A model generated the notes under the pieces. The model ran no database searches. It was not told the DNA's origin and saw nothing but the letters and a program-made list of their open reading frames with translations. Shown here piece after piece: positions 32,955-44,985 of a DNA stretch of 64,000 bases. Source of the stretch: Emiliania huxleyi CCMP1516 (lineage: Eukaryota); contig NW_005202428.1 in the NCBI RefSeq assembly GCF_000372725.1, positions 2,766,670 to 2,830,669 on the forward strand, written 5' to 3'. Positions within the stretch are counted from its first letter, which is position 1; each line of letters begins with the position of its first letter. Position numbers and translations under genes: made by a program.

Positions 32955-34896
32955 CTACCGCCACTCGCTCGTGTCATCCTCGCGCCAAGCGGCGCGCCGC
33001 CGAGCCATCGCTTGCTCCACCGCGTGCTGAAGCCCGCCCTCTCTCCCCGCCGCCGGCCGCTCCCCCGCCGCCACTCCGCGCTGCGCGACCGGCTGCAGCC
33101 TCTTGAGCCGGGCCTGCAGATCAGCTGCCTTGGGCACCGCTGCGCCGGCCCCCGAGGACTGGCTGTTTGGCGTGACCGGCGCGAGCGGAGTCCGGCCGGT
33201 CGGCCGCGGGAGGGCGGAGCGAGGAGCGGGGGCAGCAGGCGGCGGCGGCGGCGGCGGCGGTGGAGGAGGTGGAGGAGGTGGAGGTGGAGGAGGCGCCGGG
33301 GCAATCTGCGACGCGAGCGGCAAGGTGGGAGCAAGCAAACTGTCGGTCGGCGAGGCCCGCTTCGCCGCAGCGAGGGCGGAAGCGACGAGCGGCGCAATCT
33401 CGAGCGGCGCATCGCCTCCTTGCGCGCACGCGAGCTGCTGCTGCCGCTGAATCTCGGCGCGCAGCGCAGCAAGGTCGAGGCCTCCGCCGCCGCCGCCCAT
33501 CGCGAGGCAAACCTGCTCAATGACGTGCGGCAGCGCGTCGAGCGAGACACCGCCGGCGGCGGCGGCGGAGGCCGCGGGCGACGGCGATGGGGGCGGGCCG
33601 CGCAGCTCGGGCCGGAGGAGCGGGTGGTCGAGCAGCTCGGGGATGGAAGGGCGGAGGGTGGGCTGCCGCTGCAGGCAGCGCCGCAGCACGTCCACCATGT
33701 ACGGGTTGCGCGTGGGCGGGAAGGCGATTGCCTTGCTCGGGTCGGGGATCGCCTGCAGCTTGAAACATTCATAGTTAATCCCGTGGTTCATCGCCGGCTC
33801 GTGAGGCGAGGCGACCGCCTGCAGCTTCTGGTAGATGGTGCGCAGGTGCGAGAAGGGGGTGTGCCCGTACACCATCTGGTAGAGGATGCAGCCGAGGGAC
33901 CAGACGTCCGAGGCGCGGCCGAGCTTGAACTGGCCCTCGGCCGAGGAGTCGTCACCCTCGCACGTGATCGACTCCGGCGACATGTAGTTGACAGTCCCGA
34001 CCTGCGGGTCACATGCGGTCGACTCTTGGCATGCAGTGGACAGGTGACAGGTGCATGCAGTCACCAAGCCCAACCTGCGAGTCGCGCGCGATCTTTGTCG
34101 TGTCGGCGCTCGACTGCTTGGCGATGCCAAAGTCGATCAGCTTGAGCGAGCCCTGGACGCAGAGGAAGTTGGCGGGCTTGAGGTCGGCGTGGATCACGCG
34201 CGCCTCGTGGATGGCGTTGACCGCGGCCAGCATCTGCTGCCAGTACATGCAGATGAAGGACTCGGAGAGGGTGCCGTCGCGCTCCGAGCCGCGCTGCCGC
34301 TGCAGCATGTGCGCGAGGTCGATCTCGCCGCACTCCATCACCAGGTAGACGGCCTGCTGCTCGAGCTTGACCTCCGAGTCGACGAGCCTGCGGCGGACAA
34401 GCAGCCGTTAGAGGTCCACCCGCGGGGCTCACAGCTTGACCTCGAGAGTCGACGGGCCCGATGATGTGCGCGTTGAGCTGCCGCTCCTTGAGCAGCTCCA
34501 TCAGCGCGATCTCGTTGGTCACGGCCTCGAGGAGCTGCTCGTCCCCGTCGCACTTGACCTGCTTGAGCGCGAGGATCTTGCGGCTCGGCGCGAGCACCTT
34601 GAAGACTTGTGACGTCCCGCCGCGCCCGATCGGCTCCAGCTTCGAGTACGGGACGCCGTTGATGTGAAACACCTCCGCTCCCGCAACGGCGCCGGGCGTC
34701 TCGGCCGCCGCGGGCGGCGCCTTGCGACAAGCGGGCGTCTGCGGCGCCGGCGTGACTTCGCCGACGGCCTGCGGCTTTGGCGTCGCCGCGGCTGTGAGGG
34801 GCCGTATCCTCACGATGGAGCTGGACGAGGGGGCGCCTGCGCGAGGAGGGGGGCGAGACCCCTCAGCCGGGCGGCGCGGGTAGCGGTCGAGGAAGT

Positions 34897-34937
<41 letters not shown>

Positions 34938-34948
34938 GTGTGTGCGTG

Positions 34949-34987
<39 letters not shown>

Positions 34988-36905
34988 AGTGAGTGAGTGA
35001 GTGTGCGTGTGCGTGTGTGTGTGTGCGTGTGCGTCGGGTGGCAGTGCGTGTGCGGTGCTGCTTTGATCTCTCTCGGGTGGCCACGGCACCGCAAGAGGAC
35101 GGCACGGCGGGAGCACGAGGTCCGCGCGTGAAGTGGCGCGGCGTGTGCGGCACGGGCGTCTGCGGCCCCGAGGTAGCGCCCAGCAGCGGCGCGAGCGGGG
35201 CCGTGTCGGCGAGCTCGCGCGTCAGCTCGCGCGTCCGGTCGCGGGCGAGTCCGTGCTCGAGAGTTGAGCGGCTGCAGAGCGGCGCCGTGTCGTCGAGCGG
35301 CTCCGAGGCGGCGGCGCGCCCCGCGCTCGCGCCGGTGAGGGAGGGCGTGGCGGCCGCGAGGGAGGGCGTGCTGCCGACGGAGGGGGGTGGCTCGTCCCCC
35401 TCGAAGATGGCGCCGAGCAGAGGCGGCGCCAGCGACTCCGCCTTGAGGGCAGCGCCAGCCTCGAGGGGCGCCGAGCGAGCGCCGCCGCCCGAGTCGGCGT
35501 CGGACAGCGCCCGCTCCGCTGGCGGCGGCGGGGCAGGGCTTAGAGACCTCGGGACAGGGCTCGGGTGCGCCTCTTCGGATGAGCCCGCCCGCTTGGCGCC
35601 GCCGCTCAAGCCGAGCCGGCTCAGCCCCAGCCTGTCGCCGCGCGCGGGGCGTGGGCTCACGCGGCAGGGCAGGGAGGGGCGGGGAGGGGCCGGGTGGAGG
35701 GGAGGGGCGGAAGTGTGTGTGGGGGGGGGCCTGCGAGGAGGCGCCGACCGCCTCGAGCTCGCCTCCGCACTGCCCGCCTCCGCACCGCCCGCCTCCGCAC
35801 TGACCGCCCTCGCCCGTGGGGCCGCCTCGCCTCCTGCGGCGGGGGCGCCTCCCCCCGCGCCGGCGGCGGGGAGCTTGAGCGTGTCGGCGAGCTCCGCCGC
35901 CCGCAGTTCGGCGGTCGCGGTCGCGGACTCTGGCTCGGGCAGGCTCAGCTGCTGCGTGAGCGCCTCCGGCAGCGCCTCGGGCGGGGGCCGCAGAGAGACG
36001 CGCAGTGTGTCCGGCAGCTCGAGCGAGCGCCTCTGCCGCGGCCTCTCCGCACCCGCCGCCCCTCCACCCCCGAGGGAGCCGCGCGGCGGCGGGAGCTCCA
36101 CCGCCACCGTCTCGTCCTCCGGAGAGACGCCCGCCGCGCCAGCGCCAAGCAGCCCAGCCCCAAGCAGCCCAGCCCGGCCGGCAACCGGCACCGCCGCCGG
36201 CACCGCCGCTGGCTCTCGCCCCCGCCGCTCCGGCTCGAGCGGCGGCCGCGCTGTCGGCGCGCGCGCTGTCGGCGCGCGCGAGGCCGGGCTGTCGGGGCCG
36301 ACGGAGATGGGCGGCGGGCGCGGCACCGCCTCCCTGGCGGCGCACACCGCTGCCGCGCGCTGCGCGGCGTGCAGCGCCTGCTTCGCCGCCGCCACATCGA
36401 GCCGGCCCGCCTCGACGCCGCGCCGCAGCGCAGCCTCTGCCGCTTGCATGGCGCCGTGCTCTGCCTCAAAGAGCGCGCGCGCGGTGTAGTACTGCGACTC
36501 GTCTGCGCCCACGCCGCTCTCCATTCGCACAAAGATGGCGCGAGCCGCCTCGGCCGAGCTCTCCGCCTCGAGCCGCGCATACTTGAGCCAGACGCGGAAG
36601 TTGGCGCCGCCGCCGCCGCCGCCGCCGCCGTCGCCGCCGGAACCGAGGCTGCCGGTGACACTGCGGTATGCTGCGGTGAGCCTGGAGCGCCGCTCTTCCG
36701 CGGGAAGCCCTTCACACTCGCGCTCGACGCGCGCAATGAACGACTCAGCAAACTGCGGCGTGAAGAGCGTCGACGTCAGCCCGAGCGTGTGGCGCAAGGA
36801 GTCGTCGCCGTCGCCCTCCGCGGTGGACGAGGAGGAGGACGTGTGCTCGCCCTCGCCCTCCACGAGCAGGCCCTTGATCTTGTCGCGCAGCGCAGCGCTG
36901 CTCAT
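32955..36905 (-). CDS. MPS1: MPS1/TTK spindle-checkpoint kinase with N-terminal TPR-like region and Pro-rich C-terminal extension; multi-exon
   Basis: [30 protein letters not shown]...[40 protein letters not shown] and [19 protein letters not shown] are MPS1-specific; VWLKYARLE...ARALFE.. is TPR-like. Confidence 0.93.
34899..35086 (-). mobile_element. Intronic element with (CA)n tail, shared with an HST intron
   Basis: ccgtggccacccgagagagatcaaagcagcaccgcacacgcactgccacccgacgcacacgcacac is identical at 56241-56305. Confidence 0.85.
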
Positions 36906-36998
36906 GCTTTGGTCGGCGCCGCGACGTGCGAGGCGCGGCGGGGAGAGGCGTCTCGGGCGGCAAGAGGCTGAGCGGCGAAGCGCACGATCAAAAATCGT

Positions 36999-37283
36999 GA
37001 AAAAAGAAGAAACCGCAAAGCGTGCCAGCGGCAGACAGAGGAAGAAAACGGCTGGGGGCGATCCGAGAGGCCGAGATGGATCGAGCGGCCGCGGCGGCGG
37101 GCGAGAGGGCGGTCCTGGCGGAACTTAGGGCGATCGGTCTGTCGCTCGCAGCCAGCACCGGCGTGCTCAGGCCAGTGCAGGCGCGGGAGGTGCGGGGACT
37201 GGCAAGACGACTGGTTGGCTCGACGGACCTTCTTGGACAGGTTTTCCGGTGGGAGGGGGAGGACTACCTCGTCAGCCGATCGT
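36999..37283 (-). mobile_element. Insertion with 19-bp TSD upstream of MPS1
   Basis: GCGCACGATCAAAAATCGT at 36980-36998 and 37284-37302; T-rich end on the minus strand. Confidence 0.65.
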
Positions 37284-38542
37284 GCGCACGATCAAAAATC
37301 GTAAAAAAGAATTTTATGCGCAGAAAGATGATCTTCCAGGTGAGTTCATCTTGCCGCCCTTGTTGCTGCCCTAATCCCCCGTGGTTGTCTGCTTTATTTA
37401 TTTATTTATCTTGCCGGCGGTACCCGACGCTGCCTGAACGGCAGTTGTCGACCGCCGGAGTTGACCGGCAAGATGAAGTCCACTGCGCTCGAAAAAAATA
37501 CCACCGGAAGCGCCTCGCCGAGGCGCACAATAGTCCCCAGTCTGGCAACGGCCAGTTCTGCCATCCGGGCCGCTGGGAAAATGTTGTAAACGAACGAAAG
37601 GGACTCCGAATGTAGTTCGGTCGACGCTGGGCTCCGCAATCCAAACTCTCCCGCAAACTCCCCCGGTGGAAAACTTTAAAACATTGGTATTGCTAAAAAT
37701 CTCTCTCTCTCAAAAAACTTTCGCAGGGGAAATATCGAATGTAGAATTCAGCCTAAGAAACAGATCCGGAGCTTTACAGTCGTACGGTCGTTGACCCTCC
37801 CACCGTGTGTGTGTGGCCTGGGCCGCCCGGACCCAAGAGCTGAAGCGCGTGCAGACAGCGTTGCGCGAGCGTTGGAGAGGCCAGCCTCCTCCGGCTTCTC
37901 AGCGTGTCGCGAGTGCTCTGTGTCTCTATCTGCCTGGTGGTGGATGGGTGTGGTGGGGGAATCCTGGTGGCTTTTCGTAACAAATTTACGGAATTCCGGA
38001 ATTACGGACACCCCTCTCTCCCCGTCCCGCGGCCCGGCCGTGAGACGCCGCGATCTACGCGTCTGGCCGAAGGCTCATCCAGCCCCATATCTCTCGTGGT
38101 GTGTGTGCACTGCACAGTTGTGGTTTCTTTATCTACATCGATGTAGGTCACGAGGCCCCGCCATGCAGGGCGCTACGGGCTCCGGCCGGACGCTACGAAT
38201 CAAGTTGGTGCCGGCGATGGGGACGTGGCGTGGCGCGTGGGTTTCAAAAATCACGTCAAAATCTCTCTACTCTCTGTCTCTCCTCCCCCTGTGCGCTGTA
38301 CCCCGCTGTCGAGAGTGTCGTGCGAGAGGGACACACATCATGTTCACAACAACAACAACATGTACATGTACATGTTGTGCATGCACACATGTGTGTTGTC
38401 GTGTGTGGTTGACGCTTCGCCGCACCGTTTTCCCTTTCCCTTTTTTGGTTTTCCCGAACCTCGGTGACGGACCCTGACGGGGACCACACCCGCAGCCGCG
38501 CCCCCCTCGAATCCAAAGAATCCAAAGTCCCGCCGCCCATGC

Positions 38543-39688
38543 TCAGGCGCTCAGCCCGGCTTGGGCGCGCCGTGACCGCCGCCCTTTTTGGAGCGCTGCT
38601 GCTTGCGGATCCTCGCGTATCGCCGCCGCGTGCGCGAGGCGGCCGCCGCCGCGAGGCGTCGCCCCTGCTCCTCCGCCGCCGCCGCCTGCGCGTGCAGCCG
38701 CAGCGCGCTGACGCGGGACGCGTTCTCGCAGGTGAGCGTGTGCAGCGAGCGAGCGAGGGAGCGGAGCTCGCACCCCACTGGGTCGGGCCTGCGCGGTGGG
38801 CGGGGGTTGGCGAGGCGGTGCTGTCGTCGAGTGGCGGCGCGTCGTGCGGAACCGGCGGCAAGCGGGTCTCGCTGCTTATGTCTCTGGGATCGCCACCGGA
38901 GCGAAGCGCGGCGCTGCAGCGTTATTTGGGGGGGCGGGCCGGGCTCGCGCGTGCCTCAGCTGTGGGGGGAGCGATTCGCGGGCAGGAAGTAGGCCGAGCT
39001 CGTGCAGCGAGCTACGTAGCCGCCGCTCCGTCCGCTCCAGCGTTGCCGCGTCCGCCCCACACACGGCGGCGGCGGCCGCGCCGCCCGCGCCGCCGTGGAC
39101 GCCGCCGGGCAGGAGTGCGGCGATCAGGCGATCTACCAGGGGGCAGCGCGCCGGCGGCGGCGGCAGCGGCGGCGGGCCCACCGCGGCGGACGTGGGCGGG
39201 CGCGCGAGCAGCTCATCGACGGTCGCCCAAAATTGCTTTGGCGGGATGGCGCGCTCCGCCTTTGGCTTGACGGGGTTGTACTCGGCGGCCTCGCCCAGCT
39301 CCGCGCGGCGCTGCTCCCTCTCGGCGGCCGCCTTCGCCTCGGCCGCTGCCTTTGCCTGCGCCGCCGCCTCGGCCCGCTTCCGCTCGCCCTCCTGGCGCAC
39401 CGCCTCGGCCGCCGCCCACGCACCGTCGAGAATAGGCTCCTCGCCGGGCCGCGTCACGCCAATCAGCTTGAGCTTCACGCCGGTGATGTCCACCGGCGCC
39501 AGGCCCTCGGCCGCGCCCTCGTCCCCGCCGCCGCTCTGCGGCTCCTCGCTCTCCTCGTCGCTAAAGGCAGAGCCGCCGACCTCCGACGCCTCGTCCGCCA
39601 CCGCCTCGGAGCCCTCGTCGTCATCCGCTGCGAGGGAGGCGTCGTCGTCACGAATGCTCTCGTCGTCACGGAAACTCTCTTCGTCCAT
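38543..39688 (-). CDS. Putative ADA3/TADA3-like SAGA subunit (spliced)
   Basis: FWATVDELL, CPLVDRLIAALL, LERTERRLRSSLHELGLL and a following coiled coil (EN..R...L) mirror Ada3 motif order. Confidence 0.55.
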
Positions 39689-40344
39689 CTAGCGGCCCGA
39701 GAACGGCGAGCGCGCTCTGTGCTGCATGAATGTGGTTGGGCAGGTGTGAACAACACCTCGTGACCACGGCGCCACAGGCGCCTGTTGATGGGTCCAGGTG
39801 ATAGCCCTGAATGGGCAATGCATACGCCTAGTCGGGCCTCAGATCGCCCGACCGCGTCCCGGTGCTCTGTGGTCGGATTTGTGACGCCGCCGCACCGCGC
39901 CGCGGCCGGGGGCCCTCCGGAGGCCGAGGATGGCCGTGACGGACCGGGACGAGCTCTGGGAGGTTCAGTGTCAGTGTATATATTGTAGAGACTGACCATG
40001 TTCACAATAGCTAAGCCTGGGAAGGCGATGCCGGGGCCGTACAGCAGCTTGATGGTGCTTCGCCGGCGTGCGTCCCGGAGCGGTGCCGGACGGGCGGTCC
40101 GTGGGACAAAATCGGGGGACAACGCCGACGGCGCTCTGATTCGACTTTTTACTTCAAACAAAGCCTACCGCACGCGCCGCGACGTGGCGCGTGCGGTAGG
40201 CACTCGGGATTTTACCAGATCGGCGTGTTCACGCCGGGATCGTGTCCCCGACAACTTGCCCAACCATTCCTCCAGCAGAGTAAGAGGTTCCTCTTTTCCG
40301 CGCCCTCCCCCGCAGGGAAGGGCGCGCGATACACACGCTTGCAG

Positions 40345-40610
40345 ACTAACCCTCGGAGAGTAAGAGTATTCTTTAGCTCCGAGTAGAGGGTGCGTTCCGC
40401 AGCTAGGGGAAACCCAAAGCGCAGAACCAACCCTCGGAGACCCGTGTGTTATGGCCCTGCGACCGCGCACCCCCCAGGGCTAGGGCTCTCTAGCCCGTAA
40501 CCCGATGCCAAAATCATCCGGCCCGCTGGGGGTGCGCTTCTCTTAGCTCCCCGGCCCCCCCTGGCGCCTGGGTGTGCGGTTACAAACTGCACTCCAAGTG
40601 CTCCAAGTGC
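40345..40610 (+). mobile_element. Repeat family A, divergent copy
   Basis: aaccctcggagag..tattctttagctccgagtag ... actgcactccaagtgctccaagtgc. Confidence 0.85.
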
Positions 40611-40787
40611 GTGGAATTGTGATCGAGAGGGCGGGGTGTGGGGGTCGGGAAACAATAACTAAAATCGAGCGCCAAAGCACCATGGGGGAACCGGCGGTGC
40701 AGATTGGGTGTGGTGCTGGGATGCGGCCCTTAGCGTGTAGGTGCGGCCGCCTGCGCGCGTTTCTGGCGCGGAGAAACGCGCGCGCAG

Positions 40788-41552
40788 TCAGGCTGCCCGC
40801 CGCTGCACCTCCCGCACCGCCGCCGCCAGCCTTCGCACGCCCTCGCCCATCGCCGCCTCTGTCTCGAAGGCGAAGCAGAGGCGCACATGATGCCGGAAGG
40901 GCTCCGCAGCGCCGGGTGCGCACCGCGCCCCGGGCAGGAAGAGCACGCCGTGCCTCTCTGCGACGGGGAGCAGCTCCGTCGCGTCGACGCCTTCCGGCAG
41001 CCGAACCCAGCAGAAGAAGCCTCCCAGCGGCTCGGTCTCCACTCGGAAGAGGCCAGGCTCGGCGCGGAGGGCGGCGCAGAGGGCGCGCGCCTAGGGCGCG
41101 TGCCGCGGACGCGTCACGCTGGCGGCACTCGCCCGCGGACAGCTCTCCTGGCGCCCGGGCCGAGCCGCGGTACGTCTCCGCCAGCCCCGCCACCACTTCG
41201 TCCTGCTCCGCCTCGAGCAGCTCGCAGGCTACCTCCGAGACAAAGGGGGCGACGCCGCCGCCCGAGGAGAGGTAGCCGCGCGACGCGATCCGCCGCAGCA
41301 GCGCGGGCGGCGCCTCCACCCAGCCTAGCCGCAGGCCTAGTTGGACAGGTCCCGGACACGTCGTGCACATGTCCTTGCCGTGCCTCTTCCCAGCCGAGCC
41401 GCGGGCCCGGCGCGGCGATCTTGGTCAGACTGCTCACGCTGAGGACACGCCCCCCCCCCCCCTCCTCCTCTTCCTCCTCCTCCTCGCCGCCGCTGGGAGG
41501 CGCCGGCGGCGGCGCAGCCTCGCGATACGCATCGTCGTCGTCGTCGTCATTG

Positions 41553-41586
<34 letters not shown>

Positions 41587-42283
41587 CGCCGCCGTCGCCG
41601 CCGCTGCCGCCGCTTGTGGGGAGGGTGGATTGCTTCATCGCGCGGTACGGGTCATCGTAGCAGAGCAGGCGCGGAGGCGGGCCGGAGGGACTCCAGTCGA
41701 GCAGCTGGTACACCTCGTCGGCCAGGACGTAGAAGCCGTGCTTCCGCGCGAGCTCCACCAGCCGGCTGCGCCGCGCCTCTGGCAGCGTCGCCCCGCTCGG
41801 GTTTCCGTGCGAAGGGACGAGGTAGAGCAGGCGCGGCGGTGGCTTGCCGCTGTCCTCGCAGCGAGCCTCGAGGGCGCATGTGTCGAGGCCGTCTGCGTCG
41901 GTCGGCAGGCTCTCGATGCGGAGGCCGTGGTCGGCAAAGATCTGGTGCACGAGGAAGTACGTCGGCGACTCGCAGAGCACCGTGTCGCCCGGCCGGCTGA
42001 GGGCCGCGGTCGCAAGATCGAGGCCGTGCGAGACGCCGCCGGTCGTCATCAGCCAGCTCGGAGAGACGGGCCCACCGTAGGCACGCCCGAGGTACTTCGC
42101 CAGGCTGTCGCAAAAGTGGCGCGTGCCGAGCACGTCCGAGCAGTAGTTGAGTGGAAAGGCGGCCTCTGCCGAAGCAGGGTCGCCCTTCTCGAGCCGGGCG
42201 GCGGCGCGGCGGGCGGCGCGGGCGAGCGGCGCGTGCGGCAGATTCCTCACGTGTGGGTGCCCCTTCCGCAAGTCAATAACCAT
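40788..42283 (-). CDS. PLP-dependent class I/II aminotransferase (MocR/2-aminoadipate-aromatic type), spliced
   Basis: IDLRKGHP, ESPTYF, YLVPSHGNPSG.TL, ADEVYQLL, SLTKIAAPGLRLGW, GGFFCWV, VRLCFA. Confidence 0.9.
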
Positions 42284-43482
42284 CGAGTTCGCGGAGAGCC
42301 GTGACAAAAGAAAATTTTCAATTGGGCGTCGCCTCGGAGTCGCTCCTCATCGCAAACCCTGTCCTCTCTGGCGGAGGAACCCGTTCACTTTCGCCCCTGT
42401 CTACTGTCTTATCCGCATCGCTCGTCTATTCGCTGAATTCTTTTCGTGAGAGAGAGTTGTTTTGTTTAAATTCTTTCCAGTGTCGTGCGAGGGAGTTCGG
42501 TTGTAAAATTCTTTTCGTGTTTTTCTTAGTCTCCGGCGGTAGAGCACTTGAGGTATGAGGACTGGAAGGGTCGATTCCGCCGGTCCTCTATTCTTTTTAC
42601 AAAGGCCGGGCAAAAATGAATGAGGGTGTAGGCAGGTGTAGGCAGGTAGGGTAGTCTGGGTCTCGCCGACCCCCGACCGAGGCTCACCGAGCGAGCGAAT
42701 TTGGCAGGTGTCGAGCTCGAGGCCAGGGCTCAGACTGCTGACTGGCGCATCGGTCCAGCGCTTCCTTATTGTCATTTACCTAAAAACTCCTAGATCCCGT
42801 CTCACCTGGGGTGCCGGCCGAAGCTAAGAAACCACGGCGTGGGTGTGTGGGGTGTGTGTGGAAAGGCTTAGAAACGGCGGCGTGCCGCGTGATCCTGTTT
42901 TCTTAATGCCCGCAACAGACTGTACCAGAAAGAAGAAACCCTGCTACAGGTAGCCAGACACAGCGAGGCGCCATGTCACGCCACGCCACGCCACGCCACG
43001 CCCACCCAAGCCAGGGAGCGGTGGGACAGCTCAAACGGCCGACCCACCGCAGAGAAGGTGCGGACCGGTGGGGAGGGGCGGCGTAGGCGCGGTGGCGCCT
43101 CTGAGAAGCCGCGGCGATGCGCGGAGTAGCCGCGGCGGAGCGCGGAGCAGCGCAGCTCATCGCCTACGGACAACTTCGTTAGGTTAGGTGGAAGGTGAAG
43201 AACTTTGTAAAAAGAAAAATAGAACTAATCGGCGTTCGATCCCGTGGTCGAGAAGGCGTGAGAGCTGCACCGTCGCCGAGCCGGAGGCGGGCACGCCCGA
43301 GGGCGCACCTGTGGCTTTGCCTGTATGGCAAAAAAAGAATTTCTGCCCGCCTCCACAGTGGGCGCCGGCCCAGGAGAGCGGAGGGCCGCACGATCTGTCC
43401 GAGGAGGGATCGGCGCCAGCAGTGACGCTGACTGCGGATGAGGGCGCCATCGCGCTCTTCGGATGCGCACTCGCTGTTTGGC

Positions 43483-44898
43483 ATGGCGAGTGCTGCGCTC
43501 GCCGAGGCAATCTCCGATGCGTCGCGGAGCCCGGCCTCGCTGCTCGGCGTGGGCTCTCTCGCCCTCGTGCCGTCTCCGCTCTCGGCGCGGCTGTTCAAGG
43601 CGGTCGCTGCGGAGCTCTCGCAGGCCGCTCCGCAGCCCGTGCTCCCGTCGCCGCCGCTGCCGCTCCTGCGCCTCTGGTACGGGAGCCGCCACGTTGAGCG
43701 CTTGGCCGTCTCCGCCGCCGATGACGACTGGGCCGTCGAGGTCGGCGGCTGCTCTGCTCTGCCCTCCCTCTCGTCCCTGGACCTGCCCGGAGCCCGCCTC
43801 ACCGCACACGGCGCCGCCCACCTCGCTGCCGGCCTCCGTGCCCTCACGCACCTCCGGATCGCCGACTGCCACGGTCTCGGCGCCGCGGGGTTCGGCGTGC
43901 TGTGCGGAGGATGTCTGCAGCTCGTCTCGCTGCAGCTTCCAAACTGCAAGATAGCGCTCGACGCGGCAGCAGTGCGCACCATGGTCGACCGGCTCGCCGG
44001 GCTGACTGCGCTCGACCTTGGCGGCAACCTGCTGGCGAGCGCGGCGGTGCCGCCGCTCTGCTCGGCGCCGCTGCGGCTGCTGCGGGTGTGGGGCAGTGTC
44101 AGCGGCGACGACGCGGCCCTGTCGCTGATGGACAGCTCCTGCCTGTCGGTGCTCGACCTCGGGTGGACGGGCGACCCTTGGAGCCCGCAGCTCTCGCGGC
44201 TTTTGACGTCCATGACGCGTCCGGGACATGTCCCTCAGGCGCCACCGCCCTCGGGCTGCAGTGCGTCTCGCTCGGCCTCGGTGCTGCGCCTCGCGCCCTC
44301 CGCCCCTCAATCCACCCTCTCGCCCTCCCTCCCGTGGCGCCTCCGCCGCCGCAGCACTCCCCACCCCCGCCGCCGCAGCGTCCCGCCTCGCCGACCTCTC
44401 TCTCGCGCACGCCGCCCTCCTCCCCGGCGACTTGGCCCGCTGCACCTCGCTCGCGAGCAGCGAAAGCCTCACCTCGCTCACGCTGAGCGGCACCTCCCTC
44501 TCCGCCGCCGACCTCGCCGCCGCCGCCTCGCCGCCCGGCCTCACGTCGCTCGACCTCTCGTGCTGCTGCGTCGAGGCGGCTGCCGCCTTGCGCGTGGCCC
44601 TCTGCGCCGCCAGGCGGCTCGAGCGGCTCCTGCTCGACCGGCTCGAGTGCGCCTGCCGGCCGCCGCAACACCGCCCTCCTGGCGGCGCGCCGCCGGTCGC
44701 GCAGTCGCCCGCGCCGCTGCGCGAGCTGCGCCTGTCAGGCTGCCCTTCGCTGGGCCCGCCCTTGTGGCCGTCCGCGCCCCTCTCCCTCGAGGTGCTCACC
44801 CTCACACACTCACCCTCACACACTCACCCTCACCCCCTCACACTCACACTCACACTCACACTCACACTCACACTCACACTCACACTCACACTCACACT

Positions 44899-44935
<37 letters not shown>

Positions 44936-44936
44936 G

Positions 44937-44985
<49 letters not shown>

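Noticed and set aside
39760..40340. Possible coding region of an autonomous family A partner
   Set aside because: No RT, HUH or recombinase motif is recognisable in any frame.
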